Assembly: GCA_022615295.1 (NCBI GenBank)
Contig: JAKEHF010000040.1
Location: forward strand, 1-29,948
DNA length: 29,948 nt
Direction of reading: 5' to 3'
Source of the DNA: Actinomycetota bacterium
Lineage (GTDB): Bacteria; Actinomycetota; Acidimicrobiia; Spongiisociales; ZC4RG35
Position numbers and translations under genes: made by a program. Position 1 is the stretch's first letter, and every line of letters starts with the position of its first letter. Shown here piece by piece: positions 1-9,336 of the stretch. The notes under the pieces were generated by a model, which did not search any database, was not told where the DNA came from, and saw nothing but the letters and a program-made list of their open reading frames with translations.

Positions 1-1
1 C

Positions 2-331
2 CGCCTCCTCGCCACCTCGGTCACTGCCGAGTGGCTCTACACCATGGTCCCCGCGGACACCACCGCCGTCTGGTCGAGGGCCCGCCAGACCCTGGTGGAC
101 CACTTCTTCGCCGACCGCTCCGCTTCCATGCAGCACCAGGGGTACCAGATGGGCGAGGCGGTCCTGGCGGAGGTGCCCGAGATCGCCGAGATCACCCTCC
201 ATCTCCCCAACCAGCATCATCTCCCCTTCGACGTGACGCGCTTCGACGTCGAGGACACCGGCACCGTCTTCCACCCGGTCACCGAGCCCTATGGCGACAT
301 CAGACTCACGGTGACCCGGAACCTCAGGTAG
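2..331 (+). CDS. pucL: Urate oxidase (uricase), C-terminal part; runs off the window's 5' edge
   Basis: The frame is open from nt 2: RLLATSVTAEWLY...SASMQHQGYQMGEAVLAEVPEIAEITLHLPNQHH...VFHPVTEPYGDIRLTVTR. This matches the uricase C-terminal pattern (R-I-L-A-T-S-V-x-A-x-W-x-Y; S-x-Q-x-T-x-Y-x-M; L-P-N-x-H; P-Y-G-x-I). Purine catabolism genes are adjacent. Confidence 0.88.
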   Translation, partial: RLLATSVTAEWLYTMVPADTTAVWSRARQTLVDHFFADRSASMQHQGYQMGEAVLAEVPEIAEITLHLPNQHHLPFDVTRFDVEDTGTVFHPVTEPYGDIRLTVTRNLR

Positions 332-368
332 TACGGCCCCCCAGGGGGTACACAACTGCGTCAAGAAT
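320..368. repeat. Copy 1 of a 49-bp dispersed degenerate repeat
   Basis: AACCTCAGGTAGTACGGCCCCCCAGGGGGTACACAACTGCGTCAAGAAT aligns without gaps to 16386-16434 at 37/49 positions (manual alignment). Confidence 0.85.
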
Positions 369-392
369 CCCCGCCGTGCCCCGCCGTGCCCC
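369..392. repeat. 10-bp tandem duplication (CCCCGCCGTG x2 + CCCC)
   Basis: Read directly at 369-378, 379-388 and 389-392. Confidence 0.9.
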
Positions 393-416
393 AACCGCCG
401 CCCCGGCACCATCTGA

Positions 417-1739
417 TCAGGAGCTGCGACGACCCTCGAGGATGCGTATGAAGGACCGGGTACGCAGCTCATCGACGGTGAGACCCGTCCGTTCGGTGGC
501 CTCGGGCTCTGTGATGGCCCCGCAGTTGACCGCCCTCAGGAAGTAATTGAGCAACCCCTGACCCGTGGCGGCGTCGTCGAAGACGTCCCCGACGAGGGTC
601 GCCTTAGCGGCGGAGTCGACGAAGTTGCGGAGACGGGCTCCGGCCGGCTCCAGACCCTCGAGGAAGAACGAGTACACCGCGGCGTAACGCGTGGGGATCT
701 GGGCGGGGTGGAGGTCCCAACCCTGGTAGTAGCCGTGGATCAGTGAGTGCCTGATGTGTCCATAGTGGAGACGCATGGCATCATGGACGGTCTCGGTGTT
801 CTCCCGGCGCTGATCATCGTTCAGATCCTCGCCACGGTGGATCGGCACCGGCAGCACGTTGGTGGCGCCGTCGGAGAGCCAGATCCCGGTCCCGGCGAGA
901 CTCACCGCCAGATTGTCCTTGGCGAAGTCACAGACATGGTGGTCCATCATCTGATAGGCGGCGGTGATGTTGAGCGAGGCGGTGTAGTCGTAGGTTCCGA
1001 AATGGGCGCCACGTACTCTTCCGTGCGCCGCCTCGACCAGATGACGCAGACCGGAGCGGCCCGCGGCGTCGATCACGCTCTGCGGGGTCTCCACCATCAG
1101 CTCCAGGGCGATCTCCACGCCGAGATGCCTCTCGAGACGATCGACGGCCTCGGCAAACACCGCCACCTGCTCCCGATGCTGGATCTTGGGAAGGGTCACC
1201 GAGAAGCCCTCGGGCAGCCGCCCGGCGGTCTCGACCAGGGTGGTCACGAAGATGTCCAGGGTGCGCAGGGAGCGGCGGTGCAGCTCGCCGGAGAGTGGTT
1301 TTACCCTGATCCCGATGAACGGGGGAAGGGTGCCCGCGGTCATCCCCTTCGCAACCTCACCGGCCGTGGTCCGGGCATGACCGTCCTCCTCGTCGTCGGG
1401 CCGGTTCCCATAACCGTCCTCGAAGTCGATCCTGAAGTCCTCGACCGCCTCGCGCCCGAGCTTCTCCCTGACCAGGGGATGGACCCTTATCGCCCGGTCG
1501 GGAGTCATCCCCACGATGTCGGCGAGGGTCTCCGGGGTGGGCAACCAGACGTCCAGCGCGGCCACGGCCAGCTCTCCGAGCCGGATCGTGGTGTTCGAGG
1601 AGTAGAGCTGCGCCCCGCCGTAGACGGTATGGACCGGCTGACGATGGGGTCGCTCACCGGGGTAGGCGGCGGCCACCTCGGCCGCCGCTCCCAGGAGCCG
1701 CCCACCCCATCCACCCAGGGTCTGTTGATCGAAGGTCAC
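417..1739 (-). CDS. DUF6986-type HpcH/HpaI aldolase / CitE (citrate lyase beta)-like TIM-barrel enzyme
   Basis: Motifs FRIDFEDGYG, LMVETP, HFGTYDYTASL and QGWDLHPAQ resemble the CitE/malyl-CoA lyase Mg-binding fold. The start is placed at GTG 1739 (TACGCT 8 nt upstream); the ORF track starts at 1769. Confidence 0.75.
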   Translation of the reverse strand: MTFDQQTLGGWGGRLLGAAAEVAAAYPGERPHRQPVHTVYGGAQLYSSNTTIRLGELAVAALDVWLPTPETLADIVGMTPDRAIRVHPLVREKLGREAVEDFRIDFEDGYGNRPDDEEDGHARTTAGEVAKGMTAGTLPPFIGIRVKPLSGELHRRSLRTLDIFVTTLVETAGRLPEGFSVTLPKIQHREQVAVFAEAVDRLERHLGVEIALELMVETPQSVIDAAGRSGLRHLVEAAHGRVRGAHFGTYDYTASLNITAAYQMMDHHVCDFAKDNLAVSLAGTGIWLSDGATNVLPVPIHRGEDLNDDQRRENTETVHDAMRLHYGHIRHSLIHGYYQGWDLHPAQIPTRYAAVYSFFLEGLEPAGARLRNFVDSAAKATLVGDVFDDAATGQGLLNYFLRAVNCGAITEPEATERTGLTVDELRTRSFIRILEGRRSS

Positions 1740-1792
1740 CGGCGGCGAGCGTAGACCATCCGTTCTCACGGGGACCCGTAAGGTTTGCGTCC
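1740..1792. promoter_or_regulatory. Compact divergent promoter region, probably leaderless in both directions
   Basis: Minus strand: TACGCT (1753-1748), 8 nt before GTG 1739. Plus strand: TAAGGT (1779-1784), 8 nt before GTG 1793. No Shine-Dalgarno seen. Confidence 0.5.
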
Positions 1793-3127
1793 GTGCCCTC
1801 GCTGCTCATTCGCAACGCCCACATCCTCGTGACGATGGATGGCAGGGAGATAGCCAGCGGGGGTCTCTACGCCGTCGACGGGACCATACGGGCGGTAGGC
1901 CGGAGCGAGGACATACCGGCCACGGCCGACGTGGTCGCCGACCTGACCGGCCACCTGGTGCTCCCGGGGCTGGTCAACACCCATCATCATCTCTATCAGA
2001 CACTGACCCGGGCCTTCCCCGGGGCCCAGGACGTAGGGCTCTTCGACTGGCTCCGGGTTCTCTACCCGGTATGGGCCCGGATGACTCCCGACCACGTCAG
2101 AGTGGCCACCCGGCTCGGTCTGGTCGAGCTGGCGTTGAGCGGGGCGACCACGGTCTTCGACCACCACTACCTGTGGCCCGATGGGTCGTCCCTCTCCGAC
2201 CAGGTGGAGGGGGCCGACGGCCTGGTGATCCGGTTCTGCATGTCGAGGGGGTCGATGAGCCTCGGTGAGTCCCAGGGCGGCCTCCCCCCGGACTCCGTGG
2301 TCGAGGACGAGGAGGCAATCCTCGAGGACTGCCGTGTCTCCGTGGAGCGCTTCCATGATCCCGACTCCCTCCGCGAGGTGGTGATCGCCCCGTGCTCACC
2401 ATTCTCGGTGACCACCGGGCTGATGAGGGAGTCTGCGGAGCTGGCCCGGGACCTAGGGGTCCGGCTCCACACCCATCTCGCCGAGACCAGGGACGAGGAG
2501 GAGTACTGCCTGGGCCGGTTCCAGCGTCGTCCCGTGGCCTACATGGAGGACCTCGGTTGGGCCGGGCCCGACGTCTGGTACGCCCATGCTGTCCACGTCG
2601 CAGACGACGAAGTGGCTCGGATGGGGGCCGCCGGGACCGGGGTATCCCACTGCCCGACCTCCAACATGCGTCTCGGGTCGGGGATCGCCCCCGTCAGCCG
2701 CTATCTCGGCTCCGGCGTGCCGGTGGGGCTCGGTGTCGATGGCTCGGCATCCAACGACTCATCACACCTGCTCGCAGAGGTGCGTCAGGCGTTGCTCGTC
2801 GGCCGTCTCACCCCGGGTCCGCTGATGACGGCTCGTCAGGCCCTGGCCCTGGCGACCACGGGTGGCGCCCGCGTGCTCGGGCACTCCGACATCGGCACCC
2901 TGACCCCGGGCAGCTCCGCCGATCTGATCGCCATCGATCTGGACCGTCACTCCTATGCCGGGGCCTTGCACGACCCGGTGGCGGCCGTGCTGCTCTCCGC
3001 CCCCGTGGAGGTCGACCACTCCTGGGTCGCGGGCCGACGTCTGGTCGAGGACGGCCGTGTGGTCGGTGTCGACATCGACTCCCTCGTGGCCGAGCACAAT
3101 CGTCTCGCAGCCGACCTCGCGGATTAA
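1793..3127 (+). CDS. 8-oxoguanine deaminase family amidohydrolase
   Basis: Metal-binding GLVNTHHHLYQ, then LFDWLRVLYPVW, APCSPFSVT, HTHLAET, HAVH and GLGVDGSASND. The Q, Y and PCS residues match the described 8-oxoguanine deaminase subgroup. Confidence 0.8.
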   Translation: MPSLLIRNAHILVTMDGREIASGGLYAVDGTIRAVGRSEDIPATADVVADLTGHLVLPGLVNTHHHLYQTLTRAFPGAQDVGLFDWLRVLYPVWARMTPDHVRVATRLGLVELALSGATTVFDHHYLWPDGSSLSDQVEGADGLVIRFCMSRGSMSLGESQGGLPPDSVVEDEEAILEDCRVSVERFHDPDSLREVVIAPCSPFSVTTGLMRESAELARDLGVRLHTHLAETRDEEEYCLGRFQRRPVAYMEDLGWAGPDVWYAHAVHVADDEVARMGAAGTGVSHCPTSNMRLGSGIAPVSRYLGSGVPVGLGVDGSASNDSSHLLAEVRQALLVGRLTPGPLMTARQALALATTGGARVLGHSDIGTLTPGSSADLIAIDLDRHSYAGALHDPVAAVLLSAPVEVDHSWVAGRRLVEDGRVVGVDIDSLVAEHNRLAADLAD

Positions 3128-3139
3128 CTTCGGCGAGAG

Positions 3140-3934
3140 TTGAAGGTCCATCACCCGACGACGCTCGATGAGGCCCTGGCCGCGGTGGAGGCGGGGGCCG
3201 TCCCCCTTGCCGGCGGGACCGATCTCATGGTCGAGGTCAACTTTGGCCACATCCGACCGGACCATGTCGTCGGCCTGCGGCGGATCGGCGAGCTGAGTTC
3301 GTGGGAGGATCGACGGATCGGGGCAATGGTCACCTGGCGCACCGTCGAGACCAAGGGCCCAAAGGCATACGCCGAGGCAGCTCGCACCGTAGGGTCGCCC
3401 CAGATTCGCAACGCAGGCACCATTGGCGGCAACCTGGGCACAGCCAGCCCCGCCGGTGACGGGCATCCCTTTCTCGCTGCGGTCGATGCCGGTGTGGAGC
3501 TCGTCTCACGTCGGGGGCGACGGGTGCTCGCGTGGTCGGACTTCTTCACAGGGGTGAAACGCACCGCTCGCCAACCCGAAGAGCTGATCACCGCAGTGGT
3601 GCTCCCGGAGCGTCTTCCCATGCGGCATGCCTTCGGCAAGGTCGGCGTCCGCAATGCGATGGTGATCGCCACCGTGTGCGCCGTGGTGACCCGCGACGAG
3701 GACGGTGCAACCACAGCCGCCTTCGGCTCCGTGGCTCCGACACCGATCCGAGCCCCTCGCGCCGAGGAGATGATCTCCGCCGAGCCCAAACCGACGGAAT
3801 CGGCCCTGGCGGAGTTCCAACGTCTCGTCTCCGAGGAGGTCCAGCCGATCACCGATCACCGCTCCACCGAGGCCTACCGTCGTCACGCCGCCGGTGTGCT
3901 GGCACGTCGTCTCCTCGAGAGGTGTCTGCGATGA
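3140..3934 (+). CDS. Xanthine dehydrogenase family FAD-binding subunit
   Basis: PLAGGTDLMV, GSPQIRNAGTIGGNL, SPAGD and PITDHRSTEAYRR motifs. TTG start; ATGA overlap with the next gene. Confidence 0.9.
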   Translation: MKVHHPTTLDEALAAVEAGAVPLAGGTDLMVEVNFGHIRPDHVVGLRRIGELSSWEDRRIGAMVTWRTVETKGPKAYAEAARTVGSPQIRNAGTIGGNLGTASPAGDGHPFLAAVDAGVELVSRRGRRVLAWSDFFTGVKRTARQPEELITAVVLPERLPMRHAFGKVGVRNAMVIATVCAVVTRDEDGATTAAFGSVAPTPIRAPRAEEMISAEPKPTESALAEFQRLVSEEVQPITDHRSTEAYRRHAAGVLARRLLERCLR

Positions 3935-4386
3935 TCATCACCTTCGAACTCAACGGCGCACCGGCGAGCGCCCGGGTCATGGCCCCGGTGAGCCTGCTCG
4001 ACGTCCTCCGTGACCAGCTCGGTCTCCCCGGTTCGAAGAACGTCTGTGAGCAGGGGGAATGTGGCTCGTGCTCCGTGATCCTCGACGATGAGGTGGTGTG
4101 CAGCTGTCTGGTCATGGCGGGAGACATCGAGGGATCGACCGTGGTCACAGTGGAGGGTCTCGGCGAGGGTCTCAACCCGGTCCAGGAGGCCCTACATCGC
4201 GCCGGGGCGGTGCAATGCGGGTTCTGCACTCCGGGAATCGTGGTGACCGCCACCGATCTCTTCACCAAGAGGCCCAGACCGGACGACGACGAGATCAAGG
4301 AGGCCCTGGCCGGCAACATCTGCCGCTGCACCGGGTATGGGGCCATCGTCCGGGCGCTTCGGGGTCTGGCAGAGGTCGAGCGATGA
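3931..4386 (+). CDS. Xanthine dehydrogenase family 2x[2Fe-2S] subunit
   Basis: The real start is ATG 3931 inside the track ORF 3532-4386. Cys motifs CEQGECGSC...CSC and QCGFCTPG...NICRCTGY; ATGA coupling on both sides. Confidence 0.93.
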   Translation: MIITFELNGAPASARVMAPVSLLDVLRDQLGLPGSKNVCEQGECGSCSVILDDEVVCSCLVMAGDIEGSTVVTVEGLGEGLNPVQEALHRAGAVQCGFCTPGIVVTATDLFTKRPRPDDDEIKEALAGNICRCTGYGAIVRALRGLAEVER

Positions 4387-6593
4387 CCCTTCTCGTCACC
4401 AGACGGTCAGGGGTCACCGACGGTGTCGGGGAGTCACCGCTGCGACCCGATGGGATCCCCAAGCTGAAAGGTGAGTTCACCTACGCCCAGGACCTGACCG
4501 CAGAGGGGATGCTCTGGGGGGCGACGACACGTAGTCCCCATCCCCACGCCAGGATCCTGTCGGTGGACATCTCCCCGGCACTGGCCATCGGCGGGGTGCA
4601 CGCCGTCCTCACCTCCGCTGACGTCCCCGGACGACCCACCTTCGGGTTGGAGCATCCCGACCAGCCGGTGCTCGCCTCCGACGTCGTCCGCTTCTGGGGC
4701 GAGCCGGTGGCGGTGGTAGCCGCCGAGGACGAGGACACGGCGCGGAGGGCGGCGGCAGCCGTTCAGGTCGAGTACGAGACGCTCACCCCCCTCACCGATC
4801 CCGAGGAGGCCGACCGGATCGACTCTGTGTTTCGGAGGATGCGGGTCCGACGTGGCGACCCCAAGATCAGCGGGCCGGTCGTGGTCGAGGGCTTCTACGA
4901 GGTGGGGATGCAGGACCAGGCACCGCTGGGCACCGAAGCCGGTCTGGCCGTCCCCGACGGCCACGGTGGTGTCGACCTCTACGCCACCAGCCAGTTCGTC
5001 CACGTCGACCAGGAGCAGATCGTCGCCAGTCTCGGGCTCCGCTCCGACCAAGTGCGCTCCCACCCGTCCGGCATCGGTGGAGCCTTCGGGGCGAGGGAGG
5101 ACGTCAACCTCCATATCCACCTCTGTCTCCTCGCCCTCCACACCGGCCAGCCGGTGAAGATGGTCTATCACCGATCCGAGTCCTTCACCGGCCACGTGCA
5201 CAGACATCCGGCCCGAATGTGGTACCGCCATCATGCCGACCGGGAGGGCCGGCTCCTCCGTGTCGAGGCCAGGATCATCCTCGACGGAGGGGCGTACGCA
5301 TCCACCACCGCCGCGGTGCTGGCCAACGCCTGCTACTTCGCCGTAGGGCCCTACCGGTGCGACTCGGTGTCGGTGGACGGCGCGGGGACCAGGACCAACA
5401 ATCCGCCATGCGGGGCGATGCGGGGGTTCGGGGCGGTCCAGTCCTGCTTCGCCTACGAGACCCAGATGGACCGGCTCGCCGCCGCCCTGGGCATGAACCC
5501 GCTCGACCTGCGTCGGCGCAACGCCCTCCACACCGGGGATCCGATGCCCACAACGGGTCAGCTCATCGAGACCCCGTTGCCCACGGTCGAAGTGATCGAC
5601 TCCCTTGCTGCGATCCCGCTCCCCGATCCATCGGATGACGATCCGCTCCCCGGCGGGAGCGGTCTGACCACCGAGCCCCGGCATGTCGTCCGTGGTGTCG
5701 GCTACGCAGTCGGCATCAAGAACCTGGGCTTCTCCGAGGGTTTCGACGACTACGCCCAGGCCCGGGTGCGGATGACGCCCCGGGGTCTCGTCGTGGAGAC
5801 CGCCGCCGTCGAAGTTGGTCAGGGCCTGGTCACCGTCCTCGCCCAGATCGCCAGGTCCGCGTTCGGGGTCTCCACCGCAGAGGTGCGCAATGTCGACACC
5901 TCGCGTATCGACTCGGCGGGCTCGACCTCCGCCTCCCGGCAAACCCAGGTCTCCGGTGGCGCCACCCACGCCGCCGCCACCCGGCTCCGCGACCGGATCC
6001 TCGAGCACTTTGACGCAGACGACCTCGATGACGAAGGGGTGCGCTCCGGGGACAGGATCATCGCCACCTGGGACGAGGTGACCGCCACTGTGTGGGAGGA
6101 GACGGTCACCTTCCGCCATCCCCCCACCTCACCCCCCGACCCCGATGGTCAGGGAGTGGTCCACGCCGACTTCGCCGTGGCGGCCCACAGGGCGGTGGTC
6201 GACGTCGACCCCGAGCTCGGGCTGGTCCGGGTGGTCAGGGTGGACACCGCCCAGGACGTGGGCAAGGCCCTGAACCCCGAGTCGGTGAGGGGTCAGATCG
6301 AGGGGGGCATCGTCCAGGGGGTGGGGCTGGCGGTGATGGAGGAGCTGATCCTGGATGAGGGTGTGATCCGCAACCCCAATTTCACCGACTATCTGTTGCC
6401 CACCATCCTCGACGCCCCCGAGGTCGAAGCGCTCCTCGTCGAGCAGGATGGCTCGTGGGGCCCCTTCGGCGCCAAGGGCGTGGGAGAGCCCCCCACCATC
6501 TCGTCGACCGCTGCCATCGCCGCAGCCATCCGCGCCGCAACCGGCAAGCCGATCAACCGCGTCCCGGTGAGACCACAGGACATCGCCCTATGA
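4383..6593 (+). CDS. pucD: Xanthine dehydrogenase family molybdopterin-binding subunit (PucD-like)
   Basis: Start at ATG 4383 (ATGA overlap). Motifs GGAFGARE, AMRGFG, EVGQG, GQIEGGIVQG and AKGVGEPP (catalytic Glu). Confidence 0.85.
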   Translation: MTLLVTRRSGVTDGVGESPLRPDGIPKLKGEFTYAQDLTAEGMLWGATTRSPHPHARILSVDISPALAIGGVHAVLTSADVPGRPTFGLEHPDQPVLASDVVRFWGEPVAVVAAEDEDTARRAAAAVQVEYETLTPLTDPEEADRIDSVFRRMRVRRGDPKISGPVVVEGFYEVGMQDQAPLGTEAGLAVPDGHGGVDLYATSQFVHVDQEQIVASLGLRSDQVRSHPSGIGGAFGAREDVNLHIHLCLLALHTGQPVKMVYHRSESFTGHVHRHPARMWYRHHADREGRLLRVEARIILDGGAYASTTAAVLANACYFAVGPYRCDSVSVDGAGTRTNNPPCGAMRGFGAVQSCFAYETQMDRLAAALGMNPLDLRRRNALHTGDPMPTTGQLIETPLPTVEVIDSLAAIPLPDPSDDDPLPGGSGLTTEPRHVVRGVGYAVGIKNLGFSEGFDDYAQARVRMTPRGLVVETAAVEVGQGLVTVLAQIARSAFGVSTAEVRNVDTSRIDSAGSTSASRQTQVSGGATHAAATRLRDRILEHFDADDLDDEGVRSGDRIIATWDEVTATVWEETVTFRHPPTSPPDPDGQGVVHADFAVAAHRAVVDVDPELGLVRVVRVDTAQDVGKALNPESVRGQIEGGIVQGVGLAVMEELILDEGVIRNPNFTDYLLPTILDAPEVEALLVEQDGSWGPFGAKGVGEPPTISSTAAIAAAIRAATGKPINRVPVRPQDIAL

Positions 6594-7600
6594 CCGATCT
6601 CATTCGGGCCCTCCCCAAGACCGAGCTCCATGTCCACATCGAGGGGACGCTGGAGCCCGAGATGATGTTCCGTCTCGCGGCCAGAAACGGCTACGAGCTG
6701 CCCTTCTCCACGGTGGAGGAGGTCCGGGCCGCCTACCGGTTCACCGAGCTTCAGGACTTCCTCGACATCTACTACCGGGGGGCGGCCGTCCTCCAAACCC
6801 CCGAGGACTTTTATGACCTCATGACCGCCTATCTGCGACGCGCCGCCGACGACGGGGTACGCCACGCCGAGATCTTCTTCGACCCCCAAACCCATACCGC
6901 TCGGGGGGTGGGGTTCGAGGTGTTCATGACCGGTTTCCGCGAGGCCATCGCCGACGCCGGGTCCACCCCCAGCGCCTCGCTCATCCTCTGTTTCCTGCGT
7001 CACCTCAGCGGCGAGGCTGCGGCGGCCACCCTCAGGGCCGCCGAGGGCCATCTCGACGGAGTGGTCGGTGTCGGGCTCGACTCGTCGGAGCGAGGCCGTC
7101 CCCCCAGGCTCTTCGAGGAGGCCTTCGTGCTAGCCCGATCGCTCGGCCTCCATGCGGTGGCGCATGCCGGCGAGGAAGGCCCGGCCGAGTACGTGACCGG
7201 GGCCCTCGACGTCCTCGGCGTCGAGAGGATCGACCATGGGGTGCGCAGTCTCGAGGACCCCGAGTTGGTAGCCCGTCTGGTCAGGGACCATGTCCCGCTC
7301 ACGGTGTGCCCCCTGTCGAACGTGGCTCTCCGCGTCATCCCCAACCTGGCCGATCATCCCCTCGGCGTGATGATGGACGCCGGCCTCCTGGTGAGCGTCA
7401 ACTCCGACGACCCGGCTTACTTCGGCGGTTATGTCGCAGACAACTATCGGAGCGTGGCGGAGAGTCTTGGCTTCGACGACGCCCGATTGCTCACCCTGGC
7501 CCGAAACTCGGTGGTCTCCTCCTTCCTCGACGAGGGTGAGAAGAAGACGCTGATCGCCGAGCTGGAATCGGTTCACCCGGAGGGGACCAGGGCGAGCTGA
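6590..7600 (+). CDS. add: Adenosine/adenine deaminase, probably the type-2 adenine deaminase subgroup
   Basis: Start at ATG 6590 (ATGA overlap). Motifs LPKTELHVHIEGTLEP, FFDPQTH, FLRHL, HAGEEG, RIDHG, CPLSN and NSDDPAYFGG. Confidence 0.88.
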   Translation: MTDLIRALPKTELHVHIEGTLEPEMMFRLAARNGYELPFSTVEEVRAAYRFTELQDFLDIYYRGAAVLQTPEDFYDLMTAYLRRAADDGVRHAEIFFDPQTHTARGVGFEVFMTGFREAIADAGSTPSASLILCFLRHLSGEAAAATLRAAEGHLDGVVGVGLDSSERGRPPRLFEEAFVLARSLGLHAVAHAGEEGPAEYVTGALDVLGVERIDHGVRSLEDPELVARLVRDHVPLTVCPLSNVALRVIPNLADHPLGVMMDAGLLVSVNSDDPAYFGGYVADNYRSVAESLGFDDARLLTLARNSVVSSFLDEGEKKTLIAELESVHPEGTRAS

Positions 7601-8364
7601 CGTGAGATCGCCACCAGGTTCCCCTCGGTGTCCCAGACCTCACCATCCTCCTCGAGAAGGCTCCCTGTCACCTGACGCGTGGTGAAACTGCACGCCACCC
7701 AGTCGTGGGGACCGGGACGGCGGATCTGGACGTTGAGGTCGATCGTGGGTGTCCAGCCGATGGGCAGACCCGAGTTGAAGATGGCCGGCGGGAAGGCGTC
7801 GACGACGAACACCAGACCGATCGGATCGAGGGGCTCGTCGTCGAGGAGCCGAAACCAACCTCTGATCCGGGCCGGTCCCGGCCCCGGGTCGCTCCCCACC
7901 ACATCGTCGGGATGTAGCCGGATGTCGGTGTCGGCGGTGAACTGGGGTGGGACCGGTGACCCCGGTTGGAGCCGGACACACTCCTCCGGGGGCGGGAGCT
8001 CCGGCGGCTCCCCGTGGTTGAGCAGGTGACGACCGTCACCGGCCTCCTCAGAGCCCATCGAGGCGTTGACCGTGGCCAGTGTGCGCTCGTCGTCACGGAT
8101 CAGGCCACGGACGGTGGAGAGTGACCGGCCCTCCTTGAGCATTTCCACCTCCACCGTCACCCGCCCCGGTCGCGCCGGGTTCACGAAACGGCCGTTGATC
8201 CCGACGAGACGTCTCCCCCCGGTCTCCTCGGTCATGGCACGGGCCGCCACGGCGAGCAGGAACCCGCCGTTGGTCACCCCGAAGATGTCCCAGCCAGGCT
8301 TGATGGTGCCTGTGTAGACCCCGGGACCGGTCCCGGTGACCGTGGTGGCCCGAGCGAACCTCAT
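7573..8364 (-). CDS. Double-hotdog acyl-CoA thioesterase family protein (TesB-like)
   Basis: NGGFLLA, DAFPPA, PTIDLNVQI and EEDGEVWD...SRQLA motifs. Coupled to the purM stop; overlaps the add 3' end by 28 bp. Confidence 0.8.
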   Translation of the reverse strand: MRFARATTVTGTGPGVYTGTIKPGWDIFGVTNGGFLLAVAARAMTEETGGRRLVGINGRFVNPARPGRVTVEVEMLKEGRSLSTVRGLIRDDERTLATVNASMGSEEAGDGRHLLNHGEPPELPPPEECVRLQPGSPVPPQFTADTDIRLHPDDVVGSDPGPGPARIRGWFRLLDDEPLDPIGLVFVVDAFPPAIFNSGLPIGWTPTIDLNVQIRRPGPHDWVACSFTTRQVTGSLLEEDGEVWDTEGNLVAISRQLALVPSG

Positions 8365-9335
8365 CCGAGGCGGACCACCCCGGTCCCGTCGACCTTTCCG
8401 ATCACGCTGGGCCCGTGCCCCCCGACGTTCGTCATCACCTCGTCTGCGCTATCCGGAGCCACGATGAGACAGAACCCGATGCCCATGTTGAAGGTGGCGT
8501 ACATCTCGTCGGGCTCCACTCCCATGTCTGCGACGAGGTCGAATATCGGGGGTGGCCGCCACGTCTTTACGTCGATGAGGGCCCCGAGGCCGCTGGGGAT
8601 CGAACGACGCAGGTTGGCGACGATCCCACCCCCGGTGACGTGTGCCGCCGCCTTGACCCCGCCGCCGGCCATGGCGGTCAGCACTGCCGGGGAATAGAGC
8701 ACCGAGGACTGGAGAAGCTCGTCGATCTGCTCGTCGATGGCCTCCCCGAAGACCCGTCTCACCAGGGAGAACCCGTTGGAGCGCAGATTGGGGGAGTGGA
8801 GACCGATCACCAGGTCGCCAGCGGTGACCCGGTCCGCTCCGGGCATGGCGTCCTCCTCGACGACTCCGAGGGCGGCGCCGGCCAGGTCGATGGAGTCCGG
8901 CTCCATGACGTCGGGGTGCACCGCCGTCTCCCCACCGAGGAGAGGGCAGCCGGCTTCGGCGCACGCCTGGGCCACCGACGCCACTATCCGGGCATCCCGC
9001 TCCGCATCGAGCGCCCCCACGGCCATGTAGTCGACAAGACCCAGGGGACGGGCCCCGACCACGGCCAGGTCGTCGACGCACATCGCCACGAGGTCCCTGC
9101 CGACGCCGTCCCAAAGCCCCGAGCGGCGCGCCAGCTCCAGCTTGGTGCCCACCCCGTCGGTGGTCAGCATCAGGACCGGTCGCCGATATCCAGATGGCAG
9201 ACGGACACCGGCGGCGAACCCTCCGAAGCCGCCGATCACCTCTTCGGTCCACGTGGAGACCACCGTGTCGGTGATCCTCCTCACATGACGTTCGGCGGCC
9301 TCGACATCGACCCCGGCTGCCCGGTAGGAGGTCAT
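8361..9335 (-). CDS. purM: Phosphoribosylformylglycinamidine cyclo-ligase (AIR synthetase)
   Basis: SYRAAGVD, IGGFGG, TDGVGTK, DLVAMCVDD, GGETA, GLHSPNLRSNGFSLVR, HVTGGG and TFNMGIG. Confidence 0.96.
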   Translation of the reverse strand: MTSYRAAGVDVEAAERHVRRITDTVVSTWTEEVIGGFGGFAAGVRLPSGYRRPVLMLTTDGVGTKLELARRSGLWDGVGRDLVAMCVDDLAVVGARPLGLVDYMAVGALDAERDARIVASVAQACAEAGCPLLGGETAVHPDVMEPDSIDLAGAALGVVEEDAMPGADRVTAGDLVIGLHSPNLRSNGFSLVRRVFGEAIDEQIDELLQSSVLYSPAVLTAMAGGGVKAAAHVTGGGIVANLRRSIPSGLGALIDVKTWRPPPIFDLVADMGVEPDEMYATFNMGIGFCLIVAPDSADEVMTNVGGHGPSVIGKVDGTGVVRLG

Positions 9336-9336
9336 G

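Noticed and set aside
328-356. The 29-nt hairpin cores (here and at 16394-16422) resemble CRISPR repeats in length and in the GTTG...CAAC ends
   Set aside because: There are only two divergent copies, 16 kb apart, with no spacer periodicity and no cas genes in the window.
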